NCBI GenBank assembly: GCA_035480635.1 | Contig: DATIHN010000016.1 | Coordinates: 76,017 to 140,016 of the forward strand | DNA from: Candidatus Saccharimonadales bacterium | Lineage (GTDB): Bacteria; Patescibacteriota; Saccharimonadia; UBA4664; DATIHN01 | DNA: 64,000 nucleotides | Direction: 5' to 3' | Part shown: piece by piece, positions 27,102 to 35,363 of the stretch | Layout: each line of letters starts with the position of its first letter | Position numbering within the stretch: position 1 is the stretch's first letter | Notes under the pieces: model-generated | Seen by the model: only the letters and a program-made list of their open reading frames with translations | What the model was told of the DNA's origin: nothing | The model's database searches: none | Translations under genes and position numbers: made by a program

Positions 27102-28169
27102 CTACCTGTTATGAGTGGCCAATGCCGGTTTAGCACTGGAGATGATGCCGCTACCAACTACGCGGTCGCCATCGTAGATTACGGCCGATTGTCCAGGTGT
27201 AACGGCCCGCTCACTGCGATCCATTTTGATGACGTAAATTCCACCCGACTTTGAGATGGTGCAGTCAATCAAGTTGCCCATATGCCGCGTCAGCACCTGA
27301 TACCGTTTACCAGTTTCAATATCATCAAATAGGTGTGGATTCTCAATCTCGAATTCATCACTAAATAGTTCCATGCCACGCGGTTCATCGGTCACATAAA
27401 CGGTGTTGGTCGTCATATCTTTACTGGTGACATAATATGGCTTGCCACCACCCACACCCAAACCTTTGCGTTGACCCAAGGTGTAGAAAATGGCGCCCTC
27501 GTGTTGGCCAATTTTCGTGCCGTCGAGTAGCTTAATGGGGCCAGGCTCAGCTTGGACGTACTGGCTCAAAAAATCTTTAACACCAATCTCCCCCACAAAA
27601 CAGATGCCTTGCGAGTCGGGCTTTTTGGCTGTTGGGAGCCCAAATTTAGCTGCTAATTTACGAACCTCGGCCTTGTGATACTCCCCAATCGGCATCAAAA
27701 CCTTACCCAGCGACTCGGCTGGCATACGGCAGAGGAAGTAGCTTTGGTCCTTGCCCGGATCAAGGCCTTTGAGCAACTGACCATCCTTGATTCGGGCATA
27801 ATGCCCCGTCGCAATCAAATCGGCGCCGTCAGCTAAAGCTGCCTTTAAAAACAAGGCGAACTTGACCTCCTGGTTACACATAATGTCAGGGTTGGGCGTG
27901 CGGCCGGCCTGGTATTCTGCAATCATGTAATCGACCACCAAATGCTTGTATTGGTCCTGAAAATCAAACACCTTGAACGCAATATCAAGCTTGGCCGCCA
28001 CCGCTCGGGCGTCAGCTAGGTCTTGCTGCCACGGGCAAATGTTCCCGGCCACATCCTGGGTCCAGTTTTTCATATATACGCCAACCACCCGGTAACTTTG
28101 CTGCTTCAAAAGCGCAGCTGTGACCGAGCTATCGACTCCCCCACTCAAACCAACATAAACCGTTTTCAT
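27102..28169 (-). CDS. mnmA: tRNA-specific 2-thiouridylase MnmA
   Basis: PP-loop VGLSGGVDSSV. Conserved catalytic Cys residues. 355 aa. Confidence 0.9.
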   Translation of the reverse strand: MKTVYVGLSGGVDSSVTAALLKQQSYRVVGVYMKNWTQDVAGNICPWQQDLADARAVAAKLDIAFKVFDFQDQYKHLVVDYMIAEYQAGRTPNPDIMCNQEVKFALFLKAALADGADLIATGHYARIKDGQLLKGLDPGKDQSYFLCRMPAESLGKVLMPIGEYHKAEVRKLAAKFGLPTAKKPDSQGICFVGEIGVKDFLSQYVQAEPGPIKLLDGTKIGQHEGAIFYTLGQRKGLGVGGGKPYYVTSKDMTTNTVYVTDEPRGMELFSDEFEIENPHLFDDIETGKRYQVLTRHMGNLIDCTISKSGGIYVIKMDRSERAVTPGQSAVIYDGDRVVGSGIISSAKPALATHNR

Positions 28170-28215
28170 AAGGAGTATTATATAAGAAAAGGGTTCTTTA
28201 GTCTATGAAGTGTTA

Positions 28216-28244
28216 TTGACAAATGTCAATATTTATACTAGAAT
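28216..28244 (+). promoter_or_regulatory. near-consensus sigma70 promoter (TTGACA-17-TAGAAT)
   Basis: Exact -35 consensus, 17-nt spacer and a -10 matching 5 of 6 consensus positions, upstream of the 28283 CDS. Confidence 0.6.
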
Positions 28245-28282
28245 CACATAAGTTTTTCCGCACCCCGACAAATGAGGCATCG

Positions 28283-28729
28283 ATGGAATCGACCCAAAAT
28301 CACAGCCCCAAGACTAGAAGCTGGCTTTGGATAGACTGGCTCTTCTTGATAGTCGCTGGTCTTAGCGTTATTGCCATTGCCCTAAACGTGGCGTTCTTGA
28401 TTGATGCGAAAAAGTTCGACGACGCATTCAACCCAACGCGGATCAGGGAGCGAGCAAGGACCGAACTGGTACATCACCTAGAGCACGTCGGGGTAGAGGT
28501 TGTGGCATCAAAGACCCAATACTTGGTACTCAAACTGAGCGCCAAGTGTCCGCACTTTCCCGTAAAGCTTGGGTATGAGTTCGTCGACATGACCCACTAT
28601 GACGCTTATTTGGTGGTGGACCCCAGTGGTGCGGCCATGCAAATTCAGCGTTCGGATGACTTCGCCTACATCTACCCGCAGTGCTACGACCGAATTCCTC
28701 CCTATCCATGGGGTACCGGGAGAAGCTAA
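28283..28729 (+). CDS. hypothetical membrane protein
   Basis: Start moved to MESTQNH because the ORF-track ATG at 28223 lies inside the promoter hexamers. One TM helix. A hairpin terminator follows at ~28745-28775. Confidence 0.5.
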   Translation: MESTQNHSPKTRSWLWIDWLFLIVAGLSVIAIALNVAFLIDAKKFDDAFNPTRIRERARTELVHHLEHVGVEVVASKTQYLVLKLSAKCPHFPVKLGYEFVDMTHYDAYLVVDPSGAAMQIQRSDDFAYIYPQCYDRIPPYPWGTGRS

Positions 28730-28781
28730 ACCCCGCAAGGGACCTCGTTAAATCGAGGCGCCCGGCGGGGCGTTTCGTTTA

Positions 28782-28809
28782 TTGACTAATTTCAAATTAC
28801 TCCTATAAT
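28782..28809 (+). promoter_or_regulatory. near-consensus sigma70 promoter (TTGACT-16-TATAAT)
   Basis: Hexamers and spacing read directly. GAGGAG RBS before the ATG at 28848. Confidence 0.6.
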
Positions 28810-28847
28810 TATGCCATCTCGCACCTTGAACTGAGTGAGGAGACCAG

Positions 28848-29306
28848 ATGATACTCTGGCACTACCACTTCGACTGGGACAGCCTTCTAGTAGTGCTCTG
28901 CATGGTAATTGTCGTCATGATTCTTCTAGGATTTCACTTGCGTAACAAGACGGATCTTTTGGCGACTTTCTTGGTAGCTGTCTTGATGTTCGTCGTACTA
29001 GGCGGGGCAATGTTGACCATGGCTGGCCACGTCTACTATCAAGATCAAGCCAAAAAGGAAGACAAACGAGCCAGGGCAGAGCTTATCGACCAACATTTCG
29101 AAGTCATTTGGGTCGACACCCTAAATCACAAAGCCAAAGTGGGTGTGCCCAACTACCGGCCGGTTAATGGCTACCCGACATGCCAAATCGAAGCCGGCCT
29201 CCGGGAAATCAAGAAGACCTGGAGGGTGATGTTCCCTCTGGATCAAATGAACGGCCCTCTGGCGCCACAACAATTGCGCTTTATCTGCGATCAGCGGATC
29301 AAGTGA
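28848..29306 (+). CDS. hypothetical membrane protein (two TM helices)
   Basis: 152-aa ORF with a strong RBS GAGTGAGGAGACCAG-ATG. A UUCG-loop terminator hairpin follows at 29311-29335. Confidence 0.55.
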   Translation: MILWHYHFDWDSLLVVLCMVIVVMILLGFHLRNKTDLLATFLVAVLMFVVLGGAMLTMAGHVYYQDQAKKEDKRARAELIDQHFEVIWVDTLNHKAKVGVPNYRPVNGYPTCQIEAGLREIKKTWRVMFPLDQMNGPLAPQQLRFICDQRIK

Positions 29307-29340
29307 AACAGCCCTCGACTTCGGTCGGGGGCGTTGCTCT

Positions 29341-29517
29341 TTAATAGGGCGAATTAGTGGTGGTACTTGAGTTGTTGTTGTGATTATGGACGTAGTAGTA
29401 GGCCACGCCAGCGTAAATGACGCCGCCGATGATGACATAGATTAGAATCCACTGCCATAGCGGCCGTTTGCCATAACCCTTTTTATACTCCGATTTGGGT
29501 TGATTTTCGTCTGCCAC
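29341..29517 (-). CDS. small TM peptide (58 aa, GTG start)
   Basis: AGGAGG-5nt-GTG on the minus strand. Translation VADENQPKSEYKKGYGKRPLWQWILIYVIIGGVIYAGVAYYYVHNHNNNSSTTTNSPY. Not in the ORF track. The overlapping 105-aa ORF 29121..29438 is judged spurious. Confidence 0.4.
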   Translation of the reverse strand: MADENQPKSEYKKGYGKRPLWQWILIYVIIGGVIYAGVAYYYVHNHNNNSSTTTNSPY

Positions 29518-29557
29518 AAAAGCCTCCTTTATTAGTCTTACTATACGCTGGCTGGGC

Positions 29558-30526
29558 TTAATCCGTAAAATCTTGGGTAATCATCAAGCCGTAGCGCCCC
29601 CCATCAATTATGCCGATGCCAACGCTCGCGTAATCCGAATCCAAAATATTGGCGCGATGACCCGGTGAATTCATCAGACCCTGGTGAGCGAGAGGAAGGG
29701 TTGGGGCAAGAGCTAGGTTTTCGCCCGCTGCCAAAAAAGTTACGCCACCTTGGTGCATGCGCTCAAAAGGATCCAAGCCCTCGGGCGTAATGTGCGAAAA
29801 GTAGCCACGAGCAAACATATCGCGGCTGTGATCGCGAGCCACCTGCTGAGCCTTTACGTTGATTGTAAGTGGGGCTAATCCTTGGCTGGTTCGTTCTTGA
29901 TTGACCAGTTCCAGCATGCGATTCTCTAGGTCCGGGCGAACAGTGCCATTGGTGACTTTGAACCCAAGAGCAATCGATTCATTGTCGGTTTTAGGTTCAA
30001 CCGTGACAAAGTTGAAAGTCGAGAGATTTTGGTTGATAAAGTGGTTAACCTCGGACTGCAATTGATTGGTCGAAGCAAGCATAGTTGAGCTGATGCGGCT
30101 AGCGGCTAGAGCATTCTTCAGACCGGCTGGCAGCGGTAGACCAACCAAAACAATCAGGGTTAGAGCCACTAGCACCAAATATGATAGGGCGCTCAAAGTG
30201 GCGGCGGCGGCTTTAGAAATGCTCATTCCCAATGATGAGCGCTGGTGCCGGAGCGGCCAAAACTTCCAAAGGGCCAAGTAAAGACCTTCGACCAATGTCC
30301 AGGCTAGAACGAAAGCCAAAATCGGGGTGATGGTTGGTGGCAAGCCAATGTGATGGGCCAGCCAAGAACTCAAATGTTGATAGGCCACAAGCCCGGCCAA
30401 AGTTGCAAGCAACAGTCCGCCCACATCAAATAGCACCCGCACCAGCCCAGTTTCGGCGCCGCGCATAATGGCTCGAATCAGGCCGGCGACGATGGCTAGA
30501 TCGATTAACCAACCCGCTAGCGTCAT
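29558..30526 (-). CDS. CvpA-family membrane protein fused to a C-terminal CAP/SCP domain
   Basis: N-terminal multi-TM CvpA-like region. C-terminal CAP-domain motifs (GYFSHITPEG…, HQGLMNSPGHRANIL). Confidence 0.6.
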   Translation of the reverse strand: MTLAGWLIDLAIVAGLIRAIMRGAETGLVRVLFDVGGLLLATLAGLVAYQHLSSWLAHHIGLPPTITPILAFVLAWTLVEGLYLALWKFWPLRHQRSSLGMSISKAAAATLSALSYLVLVALTLIVLVGLPLPAGLKNALAASRISSTMLASTNQLQSEVNHFINQNLSTFNFVTVEPKTDNESIALGFKVTNGTVRPDLENRMLELVNQERTSQGLAPLTINVKAQQVARDHSRDMFARGYFSHITPEGLDPFERMHQGGVTFLAAGENLALAPTLPLAHQGLMNSPGHRANILDSDYASVGIGIIDGGRYGLMITQDFTD

Positions 30527-30527
30527 A

Positions 30528-31118
30528 CTACTTACTCCCGGTCACCATCAAAAAGACGGTTTTTTGCAATTCAGACAGCGTTAGACCGTAAGCATAGGGG
30601 TTGGCCCACCAGCGCGACCGCCGCCAGGATTGATCGGGCGCCGAGTGATTGATAATTTTGACGTCCGGTCCCAGCGCCCGTGAAAAGCTAATGGCTGCTC
30701 GACGTTGGTGATAGGGCGACGTCACCAAAATGATGCTATGGATGGCGTGGTTGTGAGCAATCGAAGCCACCGCCTCGGCATTCTGAGCTGTGTTGGATGA
30801 GGCCTCGTCGATAATGATGGCATCGGGTTCAATGCCGGCCTCAATGGCCAATCGCTCCATAGCTCGGGCGTTGGAAGGGCCGCTTGAATCTTGAGCCGCG
30901 CCAGAAAATATTAGCGTCGGGGCATATTGGTCGCGATAGAGCTTGATGGCTTCTCTAGCCCGAGCGTCGGTTTCGCCGCCGCTAATAGCCACGATGGCAT
31001 CGGCATGAGCCAGTTGACTCTGGGGCGCCAAAAAGTAGCCTATGCCGAAGACTAACCCGATAACCAGTCCGCCTAAGCCGACCGCCACAACTATCAACCA
31101 CACCACTGCCCTTTTCAT
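30528..31118 (-). CDS. SanA/YdcF (DUF218) family protein
   Basis: N-terminal TM. DUF218-like core (IVAISGGETDARAREAI…LIFSG). Confidence 0.55.
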   Translation of the reverse strand: MKRAVVWLIVVAVGLGGLVIGLVFGIGYFLAPQSQLAHADAIVAISGGETDARAREAIKLYRDQYAPTLIFSGAAQDSSGPSNARAMERLAIEAGIEPDAIIIDEASSNTAQNAEAVASIAHNHAIHSIILVTSPYHQRRAAISFSRALGPDVKIINHSAPDQSWRRSRWWANPYAYGLTLSELQKTVFLMVTGSK

Positions 31119-31138
31119 ACCACCTATTGTACCAATCT

Positions 31139-32290
31139 TTAGGCTTTGATCAGGCTCCTTAAGGTTTGTATAAACTGATCTAATTCGGTTTGAGTCGTCG
31201 ATCGCCCTAACGTCAAGCGCAATGACGAATTGGCTTGATCTAGAGTTAAGCCAATCGCTAACAGCACATGTGAGGGCTGATTGTTCGAAGCCCCGCAGGC
31301 GGCGCCGGTGGCCACGGCAAAACCAGCCGCATCGAGCTTGTAAACCAAATCCTCACCGTTTTGCTTATCAATACGAAAATTAATAATGCTAGGCAGGCTG
31401 TGTTGGGGATTGTTGATTGTGAGCCCCGGTATTTTCGTCAGTTCTGATTTTAAGAATCGGTTCAGCTCACCGTAGCGCCGCTCGTCTGCCTGCCGGCGCT
31501 GTTCGGCCAATTCCAAGGCCGTGGCAAAACCCGTCGACTGCACCAGCGATTCACTACCGCTGCGCAGTCCCTTCTCCTGCCCACCGCCGTAGATCAGTGG
31601 CTCTAATTTGGTGCCAGTGCGAACGTAAAGCGCGCCTGCACCCTTTGGTCCATAAATCTTGGCGCCGTTTAGAGCCATCAAGTCCACGCCCAGCCGGCTG
31701 ACTTGCAGGCTGAGGTGACCGGTGGCTTGGGCGCCGTCGCTAAATAAATAAATCGGCAGATCAATGCCGCGTTTTTTGCGGTCGGCGCCAGTGCTAGCGA
31801 TTAGTTGAGCAATTTCGGCCATTGGTTGAATGGTGCCTAGCTCGCTATTCGCCAAACCGATACAGAGCAAGACAACATTATCAGCTATTAGCTTTTCCAG
31901 CTGGTCGCGGTTGATCCGGCCGTTCTTTTTAACTGGAATCAACCCACCCCTATCACCCAGTTTTTCAATAATGGCCAAAACGGCCTGATGCTCAGTCGCC
32001 AGCGCCAGCACTCTACCCTGTGGATAACTTTTGCTGACGCCCTGAATGGCAAAGTTGACTGCCTCGGTCCCACCGGCGGTAAAGATAATTTCGCTCGGTT
32101 TGGCGCCCAAAACCATGGCCACCTGCTTGCGGGCAGCCTCCAATGCTAACTTAGCCGCCCGCCCTTCGGCATATAGGCTTGAGGGATTAGCAAACTCACC
32201 AGCCAAATACGGCTCCATAGACGCTTTGACGGCTGGGTCGAGCGGCGTGGCTGCCGCATAATCTAAATAAACCCTCTTTTCAGCTTTCAT
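31139..32290 (-). CDS. cysteine desulfurase (class-V aminotransferase, IscS/NifS-like)
   Basis: MKAEKRVYLDYAATTPLDP N-terminus. PLP-Lys region (SDGAQATGH). 383 aa. Confidence 0.8.
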   Translation of the reverse strand: MKAEKRVYLDYAAATPLDPAVKASMEPYLAGEFANPSSLYAEGRAAKLALEAARKQVAMVLGAKPSEIIFTAGGTEAVNFAIQGVSKSYPQGRVLALATEHQAVLAIIEKLGDRGGLIPVKKNGRINRDQLEKLIADNVVLLCIGLANSELGTIQPMAEIAQLIASTGADRKKRGIDLPIYLFSDGAQATGHLSLQVSRLGVDLMALNGAKIYGPKGAGALYVRTGTKLEPLIYGGGQEKGLRSGSESLVQSTGFATALELAEQRRQADERRYGELNRFLKSELTKIPGLTINNPQHSLPSIINFRIDKQNGEDLVYKLDAAGFAVATGAACGASNNQPSHVLLAIGLTLDQANSSLRLTLGRSTTQTELDQFIQTLRSLIKA

Positions 32291-32324
32291 AGGCGCAAAT
32301 TATACAATGAAAGTCTAAGATGGT

Positions 32325-32822
32325 CTACTTGCGTAGTGTAGCAATGAGTCTCTGTTGATCAATAAATAAATCAAGGGCGTCATTTATTGTCGGTACAACA
32401 ATATCTGAGCTCAATAGTGTTTGAACATGTACTCCCTCGGCTTGTAGGGTCACGATTCGAAGTTTTACGATCTTCATTAGCTCCAGGTCGATTAAGCCAT
32501 TGCCAATTGCGGCACATGCTTTTGGATCCAACTTAGCAGCCTGGTGACTTTTTTCAATTCCGTCCTTGGCTAAGCTCCAATCAATACCCAAGTCCCTAGC
32601 AACATCATCTGCATCACCACGTGTATTACCAGTAAAAAAGATCAGTTTAAATCCTTGGTCTTTCAGTTTGGCAAGCCGCTCCATTACGCCCTCGGGAATT
32701 TTCCCCCCGACAGTCAAAGTGCCGTTTAGGTCTAGGATGATTGTATTTATTTCAAATGAATTTTCACCTGGGATTTCATATATCATGCAACCATCATAGC
32801 AAACCGAATAATGCTTCAGCAT
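32325..32822 (-). CDS. HAD-superfamily phosphatase (KdsC/YrbI-like subfamily)
   Basis: Motif I DLNGT. KLIFFTGNTRGDADDVARDLGI… IGNGLIDLELMK. Confidence 0.55.
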   Translation of the reverse strand: MLKHYSVCYDGCMIYEIPGENSFEINTIILDLNGTLTVGGKIPEGVMERLAKLKDQGFKLIFFTGNTRGDADDVARDLGIDWSLAKDGIEKSHQAAKLDPKACAAIGNGLIDLELMKIVKLRIVTLQAEGVHVQTLLSSDIVVPTINDALDLFIDQQRLIATLRK

Positions 32823-33552
32823 TCTTGGTGGTAGCGACTGATAGCTCTTCGGCCGACTCCCCGCGCAAGTTGGCTAGGAACTCGGCGATGATTTTGGTGT
32901 GGGCTGGCTCGTTGCACTGACCGCGGTGGGGTGCCGGGGTTAGATAAGGACAGTCGGTTTCTAACAACATTCGATCAAGCGGGCAGGCTTTGGCTGCGGC
33001 CAACTGATATTGGTATTTAGTAAAGGTCATAATACCGTTATAACCTACGTAAAAACCCTGGTCCAAAACTTTATTCAACGTCGCCTCGTCTCCTGTAAAA
33101 CAGTGCACCACACCGCGAACACCTTTATAGTTCTCCAGCACCCGGAAAAAGTCGTCAAAGGCCTCGCGGACATGAAAAACTAGGGGTTTATCCACAGCCT
33201 GAGCAATGTCGATCTGGGCCTGAAAAGCCTTTATTTGATCCCTTTTAGGTGAGTGTTCATAGTAATAATCCAACCCACATTCGCCAATGGCTACGACTTT
33301 GGGGTTGGTGGCCAGGTCTTTAATAGCTTCAAGGGTTTTTTGGCTGAGTTTGGCATCATGCGGATGCAAGCCGACCGTGGCCCAAACGCTGTCATGACTA
33401 TTTGCTAGGTCGATAGCTAGTTTACTGTCATTATCGTCTACACCAATAGCGATGATTTTAGTCACGCCGGCCTCGACTGCCCTGGCCATGACCTCGTCGC
33501 GATCACTATCATAGACGTCCTGGTGAATATGGGCGTGGGTGTCGATGAGCAT
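32794..33552 (-). CDS. tatD: TatD-family metal-dependent DNase/hydrolase
   Basis: Canonical N-terminus MLIDTHAHI at M37 of the longer ORF, which uses a GTG at 33660. The upstream extension is low-complexity. Confidence 0.8.
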   Translation of the reverse strand: MLIDTHAHIHQDVYDSDRDEVMARAVEAGVTKIIAIGVDDNDSKLAIDLANSHDSVWATVGLHPHDAKLSQKTLEAIKDLATNPKVVAIGECGLDYYYEHSPKRDQIKAFQAQIDIAQAVDKPLVFHVREAFDDFFRVLENYKGVRGVVHCFTGDEATLNKVLDQGFYVGYNGIMTFTKYQYQLAAAKACPLDRMLLETDCPYLTPAPHRGQCNEPAHTKIIAEFLANLRGESAEELSVATTKNAEALFGLL

Positions 33553-33553
33553 G

Positions 33554-33934
33554 TTAGTTAAGGTTAAAATTCCACCACTTATATTTAACACCAGTTCTCT
33601 TAAGAGCTTTCTTCCATTTTCTGTATTCAAAGCCAAATCCACCTGCGTTTTTGCCTCCACCGCCTAAGTATTTTGGGTCAGTCAAAGAGACTACGAAGTT
33701 ATCGCTGGGAGTACGAAAGGTAAACCCCGAGGTAACAGAATTGGGACTAATAGTGATTTCTCTAGCTTTCAACTCAAACAGGAGCTTGCCATCATCAGAC
33801 AGCTGAATGATGCTGTTAGGCTGTATAGTCAATTGACCGGCTCTAAAGTGCCCTGCATACTGTGTGCCTGTTTCTGAACTTGGGGTTGACCCCCGAACCC
33901 ACCACACTGACGCTGATAATACGTTTTCAGGCAT
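33554..33934 (-). CDS. hypothetical 126-aa basic protein wedged between metG and tatD
   Basis: Its ATG overlaps the metG stop (ATGCCTGA). Its stop abuts the tatD ATG. Gly-rich and Lys/Trp-rich C-terminus (…GGGGKNAGGFGFEYRKWKKALKRTGVKYKWWNF). Confidence 0.45.
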   Translation of the reverse strand: MPENVLSASVWWVRGSTPSSETGTQYAGHFRAGQLTIQPNSIIQLSDDGKLLFELKAREITISPNSVTSGFTFRTPSDNFVVSLTDPKYLGGGGKNAGGFGFEYRKWKKALKRTGVKYKWWNFNLN

Positions 33935-35363
33935 TTGATTCCACTTTGGGGAAGAGAATCCCAACCGAGGTATCAACAGTTGAGCCACCAAGAGTTTTTT
34001 GGATTTTTTCGGCCGTGGTTGGCAAAAACGGTGCTAGCAAGCCAGTGATTTGAAGCAGATCAGAGATGATATGCTTTAAGACTTTTTCCAGCTGGTCTTT
34101 ATCGGTTTTTGCCAGCACCCAAGGTTTTTCCTCGTCAACCATCTGGTTGAGCCCGCGGATTTTGACCCAAATGTCTTTCAATGCCGCCTCAAAATGATAG
34201 TTTTCAATCGAATCTTCAATATCTTTGACGTCATGGGTGTGGGGTGGGTTGGCGCCAATCTGGCCGTCTAAATATTGCACTGCCATTTTGGCCACCCGTT
34301 GAACTAGGTTTCCGAGCTCGTTAGCCAAATTACTCTGGTAAACTTTGGACAGGCGGTCTTGGCTAAAGTTGCCGTCGGCACCAAAGGGGAATTCTGAGAG
34401 CAAATAGTAGCGTAAAGCATCGACCCCGTAAGTTTCGGAAATATCCAGTGGGTTAATGCCATTACCAAGTGATTTGGAAATTTTTTCGCCATCGACGGTA
34501 AAGAAGCCATGTGCCACCACCCGTTTGGGCAATTCCAACCCAGCACTTAAAAGCATGGCTGGCCAAATGATGCAATGAAACTTGATAATGTCTTTGCCGA
34601 TAACATGCAGATCCGCCGGCCACCAATCTTTGTAATCCGCTTTGGGATAGCCGACGCCAGTTAGATAGTTAATTAGAGCATCAACCCAAACGTAAACGAC
34701 TTGCGAGGGATCAAACGGCAGCTTGATACCAAGGGTTTGATTGGCCCGGCTGATGCTGATGTCTTCCAGACCGCGATCGATAAAGGCCAGCACCTCGTTG
34801 CGCCGGCTTTCAGGTTGGATGAAATCCGGGTGCTGATCGATGTGTTTTTTGAGCGCGTCTTGATATTTCGACAATTTGAAGAAGTAGTTTTCCTCCTTGA
34901 TGAATTCCGGCGGGGTTTTGTGAACCGGGCAGAGCCCCTCGATCAATTCGTCTTCTTTGTAAAACATTTCACATTTGTAGCAGTACAACCCCTCATAGAT
35001 GCCTTTGGTTATATCGCCGGCGGTGTGAATCTTGGTTACCACATCGCGCACGGCTGCCTCGTGGTCCGGCTCCGAAGTCCGGATGAAGCGATTGTAGCTA
35101 ATCCCTAGAGCATCCCAGGTGCTCTGCCACTGTTTGGCCATGGTGTTGGTGTAGGCTTCGATCTCTTGGCCAACCTCTTTGGCCGATTCGACGGTTTTTT
35201 TGGAGTTTTCGTCGGTGCCAGTTAAGAACCAAACCTTGTCTTTACCTAATTTAGCGCGCCAGTAGCGGGCCAAGACATCGGCTGCAATGGTATCGTAGGC
35301 ATGACCGATGTGCGGCTTGTCGTTGATATAAAAAATGGTGGTTGTAATGTAGTACTTAGTCAT
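33927..35363 (-). CDS. metG: methionyl-tRNA synthetase (short form)
   Basis: HIGH motif (KPHIGHAYDTI), KMSKS-like KISKSLGN and a Zn-knuckle CxxC. 478 aa. Confidence 0.9.
   Translation of the reverse strand: MTKYYITTTIFYINDKPHIGHAYDTIAADVLARYWRAKLGKDKVWFLTGTDENSKKTVESAKEVGQEIEAYTNTMAKQWQSTWDALGISYNRFIRTSEPDHEAAVRDVVTKIHTAGDITKGIYEGLYCYKCEMFYKEDELIEGLCPVHKTPPEFIKEENYFFKLSKYQDALKKHIDQHPDFIQPESRRNEVLAFIDRGLEDISISRANQTLGIKLPFDPSQVVYVWVDALINYLTGVGYPKADYKDWWPADLHVIGKDIIKFHCIIWPAMLLSAGLELPKRVVAHGFFTVDGEKISKSLGNGINPLDISETYGVDALRYYLLSEFPFGADGNFSQDRLSKVYQSNLANELGNLVQRVAKMAVQYLDGQIGANPPHTHDVKDIEDSIENYHFEAALKDIWVKIRGLNQMVDEEKPWVLAKTDKDQLEKVLKHIISDLLQITGLLAPFLPTTAEKIQKTLGGSTVDTSVGILFPKVESNA

Noticed and set aside
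29121-29438. 105-aa minus-strand ORF overlapping the 3' end of the 28848-29306 gene
   Set aside because: It overlaps a better-supported plus-strand gene and a terminator. It is low-complexity (S/T-rich) and has no RBS. A different-frame 58-aa GTG ORF with AGGAGG fits better.
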